Shown piece by piece: positions 54,101-64,000 of a DNA stretch of 64,000 nucleotides. The position numbers were made by a program, and so were the translations under genes. This stretch comes from the human T2T-CHM13v2.0 reference genome, Homo sapiens. The stretch lies in the NCBI RefSeq assembly GCF_009914755.1, contig NC_060927.1. One strand, 5' to 3'. Position 1 is the stretch's first letter, and the number at the start of each line of letters is the position of its first letter. A model generated the notes under the pieces. That model searched no databases. It was not told the DNA's origin and saw only the letters and a program-made list of their open reading frames with translations.

Positions 54101-56205
54101 ATAAAACAAACTTTAAACCAACAAAATCAAAATAGACAGAGAAGGGCATTGCATAGTGGTAAAGCGTTCAATTCAACAAGAAGACCTAACTATCCTAAAT
54201 ATATTTGCACTCAATATAGGAGCACCCAGATTCATAAATAAAGTTCTTAGGGACCATCAAACAGACTTGGACACACAATAATAGAGGGAGACTTTAACAC
54301 TCCACTGACAGTATTAGACAGATCATCAAGAGAGAAAATTGACAAAGATATTTAGGACCTGAACTCAGCTCTGGATCAAGCAGACCTGATATATATCTAC
54401 AGAACTCTCCACCCAAAAACAACAGAATATACACTCTTCTCATCACCACATGGCACTTACTCTAAAATTGATCACATAATCGGAAGTAAAACTCTCCTCA
54501 GCAAATGCAAAAGAACTGGAATTATAACAAACAGCCTCTCAGACCACAACACAATCAATTAGAGTTCAAGATTAAGAAAATCACTCAGAACCACACAAGT
54601 ACATGGAAATTAAACAACCTGCTCCTGAATGACTCTTGGGTAAATAATGAAACTAAGGCAGAAACCAAGAAGTTATTTGGAACTAAGGAGAACAAAGATA
54701 CAATGTGCTAGAATCTCTAGGACACAACTAACACAGTGTTAAGAGGGAAACTTATAGCACTAACTGCCCACATCAAAAAGCTAGAAAGATCTTAAATTAA
54801 CAACCTAACATCACAACTAAAAGAACTAAAGAACCAAGAGCAAATAAACCCTAAATCTAGCAGAAGACAAGAAATAACCAAGATCGCACCTGAACGGAAG
54901 GAGATAGAGACATAAAAAACCTTTCAAAAAATCAACGAATTCAGGAGCTGCTTTTTAAATTATTAACAAAATAGATAGACCACCAGCTAGACTAATAAAG
55001 AAAAAAAGAGAGAATATTCAAATAAACACAATCAGAAATGATAAGGGGGATATCACCACTGACCCCACAGAAACACAAACAACCATGAAGAGAATCCCAC
55101 ACACATCTCTATGCACATAAACTAGGAAATCTAGAAGACGTAGATACATTCCTACTATGTACACACTCCCAAAATTAAGTTAGGAAGAAATTGAATCCCT
55201 AATACACCAATAATAATGAGTTCTGAAATTGAGGCAGTAATAAATAGCCTACCAACCCAAAAAAGCCCATGACCAGACAAATTCACAGCTGAATTCTACC
55301 AGAGGTACAAAGAAGAACTGGTACCATTTCTACTGAAATTATGCCAAACAATTGACAAGTAGGGACTCCTCTCTAACTCATTGTATGAAGCCAGCATCAT
55401 ACTGATACCAAAACCTGGCAGAGGTACAACAATAAAAGAAAACTTCAAGCCAATATCCTTGATGAACATTGATGCAAAAATCCTCAATAAAATACGGCAA
55501 GCCAAATCCAGCAGCACATCAAAAAGCTTATCCACCACCATCAAGTAGGCTTCATCCTCAGGATGCAAGCTTGGTTCAACATACGCAAATCAATAATGTG
55601 ATTCATCACATTAACAGAACTAAAGACAAAAATCACATGATTATCTCAACAGATGCAGAAAAGGCCTTCGATAAAATTCAACATCCCTTCATGTTAAAAA
55701 CTCTCAATAAACTAGGTATTGAAGGAACGGAAGTCAAAATAATAAGTCATATATGAAAAACCACAGTCAATATCATACTGAATGGGCAAGAGCTGGAAGC
55801 ATTCCCCTTGAAAACCAGCACAACATAAGGTTGCCCTCTCTCACCACTCTATCCAACATAGAATTGGAAGTTCTGGCCAGGGCAATCAGGCAAGAGAAAG
55901 AAATAAAGTGTATTCAGATAGGAAGAGAGGAAGTCAAACTATCTTTGCTTGCAGATAATATGATCCTATATCTAGAAAACCCCATCGTCTCAGCCCAAAA
56001 GCTTCTTAAATGGATAAGCAACTTGAGCAAAGTCTCAGGATACAAAATCAATGCCCCAAAATTATGAGCATTCCTATATGCCAACAACAGACAAGCCTAC
56101 AGCCAAATCATGAATGAATTCCCATTTGCGATTGCCACAGAAATAATAAAATATCTAGTAATACAGCTAACAAGGGAAGTGAAGGACCTCTTCAAGGAAA
56201 ACTAG
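54095..56205 (+). mobile_element. L1P ORF2 EN-RT segment (inverted part of the same insertion)
   Basis: [26 protein letters not shown]; [17 protein letters not shown]; ends at gtgaaggacctcttcaaggaaaact. Confidence 0.93.
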
Positions 56206-56409
56206 GAAAAACGGTTTTTAAAAATGGTATACACCCCCTAAAAAATTACTTTTTTTTTTGGCACTCTTCTACCATTCTATCAAATTTTCTTTCTCTCCTT
56301 TGGCAGATACAATAAACCTTAGTTCACTGCATTTAGGTACAAACTATACTTGCTTTTGAATATTTTATTGTTACTTTTATTAACTTGTTTAATTGACATG
56401 CTTTTGGTT

Positions 56410-56721
56410 TTTTCTTTTTCTTTTTTTTTTTTTTTTTTTTTTGAGACGAAGTCTCGCTCTGTCACCAGGCTGGAGTGCTATGGCGCAATCTCAGCTCACT
56501 GCAACTTCTGACTCCCTGTTTCAAGCAATTCTCCTGCCTCAGCCTCCCAAGTAGCTAGGATTACAGGCACACACCACCATGCCCAGCTAATTTTTGTATT
56601 TTTAGGAGAGACGGGTTTTCACAATGTTGGCCAGGATAGTCTCAATCTCCTGACCTCATGATCTGCCCACCTTGGCCTCCCGAAGTGCAGGGATTACAGG
56701 TGTCAGCCACAGTGCCCAGCT
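56410..56721 (-). mobile_element. AluSc-like
   Basis: Antisense dimeric Alu (ctgtcaccaggctgg, ggccaggat); TSD acatgcttt / acatccttt. Confidence 0.92.
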
Positions 56722-57864
56722 TACATCCTTTTCTATTTGTGAGCATCTTTGGTTACCTTAGGATGAGATGGAACACATAATAAATTTTCCCATTTAAACT
56801 AAAGGAAAAATTGTTTAATATGGGAGTTTTCATGTTACAGTTTTCATGAAATATCATTGTTATGCAAATTATAGATGTAATTATCCTTGACTTCTAAACA
56901 CACAGTCAGATTGTTTCCTACCCTTCCAGAGCTGTGGGTACAAAGCCACCATTGTACAACAGGAATTCTTAGGGAGGTGCTTCTGTTGTGACCTAGGACT
57001 GCAATTGCTGTTTAGTCCTTTGTTCCCATCAAGAGAACAGAAAGTGAAAAAAAGATTCACTGTAAGTATGATATTTCAATTGAAAATATTTTCTCTTGTT
57101 ATCCAAGAATCACAGGAATTCCTGGTAACATTTTGTAGTTTGTATCATAGTGAATTATTTGATAAATTAAGGAGAGGATAGATTTGGAAATTTAAATACA
57201 AATTAATATTTTCACCGATAAATTTTACTTGTATTTGCTAATGAAAGTGAAGAGTAAAAGTATTCCAACAGATACAGAGAATGAGAACACAAAAGCGTAC
57301 CTAATTTCTCCTCCATGGCTTTTCTTTCATCCTTACCTACCACACATTCCCCAGTTTTCATTATGGAATAAAAACATCAAGGGAAAATTAATAGCATACC
57401 AGTGTACACGTGTATAAAAGTATATTAACTTGATAAAAACACTGTTAAGTTAAACATTTGACTAGATTCCCCAGTTTACAGAATGCAAAATTATTCTGAC
57501 TTAAAAATCGTCAGTGCACAAATATATTAAATTTTCAGCCAAACATTGTTTTATTATAACTTTATCCATTTATTTTTCTTTAAATTTAGACATTGTTTTT
57601 ACATCATTGGAAACAAAATAATTCTATTTTATATGGGAAAACACTGCCTTTTATATCTGTTCAACTACAGTTTAACTAGGAACTCCCTCAAACTTCACCT
57701 GTCACCCTATTCTGTTTTGCGTAACTTGTCTAGTCCTGCAAATTTAATAATAATGTATTAGATTAACAGGCAAAATTAATCCTTTTTGTCCCTGATCTAA
57801 GAAAAATGGATTGATATAGTATGAACTCACGTGAGGCAATGGCCTATCTTATTACAAAACCATA

Positions 57865-58235
57865 AACAAAGTTATTGAGCCTCTGGGCCTGGCATGATGA
57901 TGAACACTGAGTATTGAGAAGAGAACAAAAATGATGACAGGCTCTCTGCCATGCAGATCTTAAACCTAGTGGGAGAGAGAGACAATAACCAAGAAAATAA
58001 ATGAGTACACAATTACTAATGGTGATGAGTGCTATGAAGCAGACAGGGTGTAGGAAAAGAAGACAATGAAGAGGATGGTTAGGGGAAGTTCCCCTAAAGC
58101 CAAGGTGTGAAACTCAAGAAATAGTCCACCACTTTAACAGAGTGAATAAGCAAAGAAGGAACTTGAAAGAGACAGAATAGTATGTTCAAAGACTCTCAGG
58201 CAGAAAAAAGTTGAGCACACTCACAGAGCTGGTTA
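57865..58235 (-). mobile_element. L2 fragment
   Basis: ttattgagcctct...ctagtgggagagagagacaataaccaag...gagtgctatgaag. Confidence 0.65.
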
Positions 58236-58296
58236 AGCTTCTCCTTTCCCTTTTCTCCCAAGTATGAGAGTGGAGGATTTGAAATATATGAGCCCA

Positions 58297-58660
<364 letters not shown>

Positions 58661-58827
58661 AGCCCTGTTACTGAAGTTTTTCCTAAGCATCCTGTATCTT
58701 AGGTAAAAACTAGGGTAACTGTCTACCTCCTGTCAGGAATCCTAGAATAGCAACAATAACAGTTTGTGTAGCAGCTCATAATTCAAAAATCTGTATCTTT
58801 TCTATAATTCATCTTTTAATTAGAACT

Positions 58828-58846
58828 TTCTGCCACCTGGTTGACA
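58828..58846 (-). promoter_or_regulatory. Candidate CTCF motif
   Basis: Reverse complement tgtcaaccaggtggcagaa; core is 1 mismatch from CCACCAGGTGGCAG; motif only. Confidence 0.3.
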
Positions 58847-58938
58847 GAAATGTTATAACAATTAATTTGGGGCTCTCCCTTTCCTCAAGGTATAGACAAA
58901 GTACTAGGTAACATTATGGCAATAATAGTAATTGCAGC

Positions 58939-59885
58939 TGTGTAGGAAAACTATTGTGCAAATGTTGATTTGCAGGCCTGCCTTGCTCTAACCCTGTACA
59001 TTCCCAAAAATCTTTTCAAGACTGGCCCTTGGCCAACTCCTGGTAAATGAACTCTGACCCCTGGAAATATTCTTCCTAATAAAAGACGTTTTGTATATCT
59101 TAGGCATTTAGCAATACAGTACCAGTTTGATGAGATAGCTTATGCTAAAAATGAGATTTATGGTAAATGCCCCTTTTTGTTCTGGGATGTTGTAATCTAA
59201 CTCAGTATCTGTGGTTGGTCACTTAGGTACTGCATCCATACATGACTGATTTCCAATAGAAATCCTGGACATCACGGTTCTGGTGAGATTCCCTGGTTGG
59301 AAATACTTTGCATGTGTCTTAGTTTGTTTCTTATTGCTATATCAGAACACCATAGACTGGGAAATTTGTAAGGAAAACAAGTTTACTTGATTCACAGCTC
59401 TGGAGACTGAGAAGTCCAACAGCATGGTGCTAGTATCTGGTAAGGGTCTTCTTGTTTATTATTCCATGATGAAAGAGCAGAAGAGCAAGAGAATATGTGA
59501 GAGAGCTTATATTTATAACAAAGCCACTCCCATGATAATGATTAATCCATTCATGAGGGTAGAGCCCCCATGACTTATCACTCTTAAAAACCCTGCCTCT
59601 TAATACTGTTACAATGACAATTAAAGTTCAACATGAGTTCTGAAAAGGGCATTCAAATCATAGCAATATGTATTGTCATACATCATTTCTGAGATAATTA
59701 AGTATATCCATGCAATTCCACTGGGAGAGGGCACCTGAAAATTTGTACTTAGTTTCGCCTAGACCTTATCCTAGGCACCTTTTTCTTTTGTTGATTTTAA
59801 TGTTTCCTTTTGCTATAATAAACTGTAAATCTGTAGATAACAGCTTTTCTGAGTCTTGAGGGTAGTCTTTGGGACCCCTAACATA
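58939..59885 (+). mobile_element. MER21-type LTR with nested MST LTR
   Basis: gactggcccttggccaactcctgg...ccctggttggaaatactttgcatg...gtctttgggacccctaaca. Confidence 0.75.
59315..59665 (-). mobile_element. MSTD-like MaLR solo LTR
   Basis: tgtcttagtttg...cattcaaatcatagca; TSD gcatg / atatg. Confidence 0.85.
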
Positions 59886-59964
59886 GTACCAAACATTTAT
59901 ATGGTGCTTACTACATTCCAGCCACAGTTCTAAGCATTTTAGCTATATTTACCCTTTTAATCTT

Positions 59965-60370
59965 TGTCTTAGTCTATTTTATGCTTCTACAATAGAATAC
60001 CACAGATTGGGTAATTTGAAATGAACAGAAATATATTTGGCTCATGGTTCTGGAGGCTGAAAAGCCCAGATCAAGGGGACACATCTAGCGAGAGTCTTCT
60101 TGCTGTGTTATCACATGGCAAGAGATAGCAAAAGAGGCCAAGATGAGGTGAAACCTACTTTTATAAAAAACCCACTCCCACAGTAACAACCCACTCCCAA
60201 GATAACAACGTTAACTCATGCATGAGGGTGGAGCCCTCATGACCCAAATACCTACCACAAATACCTAGCATTAGGCTCCACCTTACAATTTTGTGGCATT
60301 GGAGATTAAGTTTCCAACACATGAAATTTGGATTTTGTGTTCAAAATTCCAAAATATTAGAACCATAGAG
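59965..60370 (-). mobile_element. MSTD/MSTC-like MaLR solo LTR within a MIR
   Basis: tgtcttagtc...ggctcatggttctggaggctg...aaccatag; TSD atctt / atcct; MIR flanks at 59886-59964 and 60371-60525. Confidence 0.82.
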
Positions 60371-61471
60371 ATCCTGAAAATCATTCTTTGAAGTAGGGAA
60401 TGTGTTTAATTCTATTTAAAAAATCAGGAAACTGAGGTACAAGGGGAATAAATTATTTGTCTAAGGTCACAGAACCAATAAATGACAAAGTCCAAATCCA
60501 AACCCAGGCAATCTACCTCTAGAAGTTCGATGGATACCTGACACATTCAAATGCTGGGTTAAAGCACAGAAGCAGGGATGGAAAGCCCAAAGTGTTTTTG
60601 AATAATGTATCCATGCCGGTATTCACCAAAGTGTCATCACCCTGTCGTTCTCAGGTCATTCATACTCTCTATTTCTGTCCTTGACTTTCTCAGGTCATTC
60701 ATACTCTCTATTTCTCTGCCTTGTTGGAAATCCTGGAAACTATGTATGTGTCTTTGTCACTGTGGGTCAAGTTTACCTCCTAAGTACCTATTCAGCCACA
60801 AACAGCAGACAAGCCCTCAAGCATTCTTGTTCAGAAAGCAGAATATGCCTATACTCTACCCCTTTACTTTTCTCTTTACTCTCACCTAGTTCTCTAGTTA
60901 GAGGGCAAGATTGGAGAAAAGCTCACTCTCCACCACTTGGAGTTCTCACCATTCCCCAGGGCATATATATTCATGAGGTAAATAAGGTTTAAAACGGCTA
61001 ACTTATTTTTTCCATCCAAATGTACATATCTAATAAGTTGTAGAAATGGAATTGGAACCCAGTCAGTTTGAGTCCATAACCGGTACTGGTTAACATTTGC
61101 CATCCAGCTCTTTAATGCAGATAGCTAAGCTGTTCTTTAAAGAGATAGGCATTGGAGAGAATGAGGATAGAATTGCATCCATGGAAAAGGGAATTACTAT
61201 AATACTGATTGTACTGTATACCCCTTACCTGATTTTAGAACATGTCTTCAAAAAGTGCTGGTGGGTGAAAGTGTATCTCAGTGGAACGCCAATCAAAAGA
61301 GAAAATTTTAAACCAGAAACGAAAGAGGTTGGGGGTAGAAAGAGGGAAGAAGCTGGGCCTCAGGCAGTAGAGCCAAATACTGGTAACAGAGCAGTGAGTG
61401 ACTCACAAATGGAATGTTTTGGCAACAGAGGAAACCCTAGGACCTGGAGAGCTAACAAGAAGAGAGAGATC

Positions 61472-61867
<396 letters not shown>

Positions 61868-62109
61868 TCAGCTGCAAGAAGAAACATGAGGGAAAAAGCC
61901 CAATCTCATTCATGGGCAAATAAAAGAAATACACCTAGTCCCAAATATTTGGATCTACTGATATATTGAAATGAATATTAACTTTAATAGATTAGAGCCA
62001 AAAATAAATACTATAGAAATAAGACAGTTATAATAGCTGATTTATTAACCATTTGCAGGCACTATTTTTTATTTTGTTCATGTCACTGAATATTATTTTA
62101 TTTGCTTAC

Positions 62110-62245
62110 AAAAATATAATTTTCTTGCGAGGAGGAAATTTTCTGTCTTGTTGACTGCTGTGTGTTCATTAACCAGAAGAAGAGTTGACACAGAATAGTG
62201 GCTCAATAAATAAATATTTGTTAGGTGACTAAGTGAATAATTAAA
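62110..62245 (+). mobile_element. L2 3' terminus
   Basis: ctgtcttgttgactgctg...gctcaataaataaatatttgtt...gtgaat. Confidence 0.65.
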
Positions 62246-64000
62246 TAAATGGTGGAGAAGTATTCCAGGGATTTGTCCTGAGCCTTAAGGGAGGGAGATT
62301 AAAATAGAAGGTGACAGGAATGAGAGAAAAGTAAAAATATTCCAACTCCAAAAAGAGAAAAGGCAGCCTCATCTTTGCCATGGCATTTGGATGAAGATGG
62401 GTGTTAACAGTCTCGTCTCACAGCGCTGAGAAAAATCATTACATGGCTTGGTCACAGTTCAGTGGCTTGAACTGATTGACTAGCCTGAGGGGAGAATGGC
62501 TGTATCTTGAGCCTGAAACACACAGTGGCTCAGTGTAACACTCATTGATAGCATCAGCCACTTTAAGAGAGAAACCCTACATTCAAAGAAAAGGATGGAG
62601 TTAAGGTGAGGATAAACAGAGATGTGATCATATTTGAGTCACTCACACAGAGAAAAAGAAGTTTGTACTGAAGCTATAGTAAGGACAAAAATGGTAGCAT
62701 ATTAGAAAAGGAAGTGATTTGAGCAATACTACAATTCTTGAAATTATTTACTGAAGGCTTCAGCCAGAAATAATTGTGCATTTCTATTGTTTTCCTTTTT
62801 GCTGCATTATTGATTTCTTTTTTATGTCTTTAGGCTGATGGACTGTGGAAGTATAGTTATTAAATTGTTCGTTCCCTAATGAGATGGGCTCTAGGTCACT
62901 GATTCAAATATCATTAACAGCTTTAAAGATAATTTTTACTTAATATGGGGAGTATTACTCATTTTCTTCCTTCTTTTTCTTCCCGTATCTTTTAGGTACA
63001 TATGTAACATAGCACCTCAGGGTATAGAAAACCAGAAACCTCTGGCATTTTTTGTTAAATAACTGATATATCCAATTGTTTCTTCCAAAGAGGTGGGTAT
63101 AACCTTCCTCTCCTTTCCATTTCAAAATTAGCTGCACATTCTTGGGACCATGTAAAATATTGACCCTAGCTGTGTTATGAAATAAATACCTTGAGAGGAA
63201 ATTTGAAACCAGGAAAGAATTTTAGCCAACAGTTTGACATTGCCTTTGACTAGCTCAGGGCTCAGTTACTACATGAAGTCATTGTACCATTCAGATACAA
63301 AGGCATTTCCCACCAAGCTCTAAGGACATAATATCTGCAGGGTCCATGCTACCTGTTCTTAGACCTAGCATTGTCCAAGATAACTTTAGCTAAACTTGAG
63401 TGGTTGTAAATCAGATACTTTTATTCATGCTTTTTTATCTACCCAAAATGCAGACTTTCCTGGCATATTACTCGGTTCTTTCATTTGAAAATCTATTCTG
63501 CTCATTCCAAGCTATCTTTCCTCTTCTTGTTGACTGCCTTCCAAACCCTTCTTCTTTGTTCTCTGGGGTCACCATTCCACTGTCAATTTTTTTTTTCTGC
63601 ATATTCGTTCTCTTCAGAGAAAATTCTCTCCACGTTCTTATTTTAAAGTAGTGTTTCCCAAAGATGATTTCAGACTATCCATGTATAAATATTTAAATTT
63701 TAATACTTGCATTTTATTTTAATGTATATTCAAAAAATATATATCCATCATGTCTGCACATACATATATTGTCATGTAAGAAATTAAAGGAAGTATTTTG
63801 ATTAAAGAAAGAAGGGAGGAAGGTAGAAATTGACTTAAAGAGAAACAATGAGAAATCAGTAGTATACATAGAAAGTAGAAATGACAAAAATCTTGAATGA
63901 CTCAAGTTTCAAAACTGCTATCTTAAGTAAAACTAATTTTCTATTGAAAACTCCAATTTCACTGTAACTTCTCCAGTGTATGTTCTACTTTCTCATATCC

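Noticed and set aside
60325-60356. Small inverted repeat tttggattttg-tgtt-caaaattccaaa at an MST LTR end
   Set aside because: Short, AT-rich and imperfect; too weak to call a structure.

Overview
Primate genomic DNA, probably hominid (an AluYe5-type element is present). It is AT-rich and dominated by repeats, with no intact protein-coding gene or RNA gene recognisable. Identified content: a full-length processed RPL8 pseudogene (30151-31010) fused to a 3'-truncated Alu; a near-full-length old L1MA (19717-27212); a twin-primed inverted L1P (52880-56205); an internally deleted HERV-L/MLT2A provirus; a two-LTR MST MaLR; and many Alu, MIR, L2 and solo LTR elements. The main hidden signal, which the ORF track does not show, is a fossil Ty3/Gypsy retrotransposon at about 11.8-16.8 kb. 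It retains PNMA-like Gag, protease, RT and integrase motifs in the correct order, split by younger insertions. A second theme is at least four short (100-240 bp) local copy-paste templated insertions, plus a 211-bp tandem duplication. There is also a 25-bp-stem hairpin and a few candidate + strand exons. Subfamily names were assigned by eye from remembered consensus sequences, and boundaries of old repeats are approximate.
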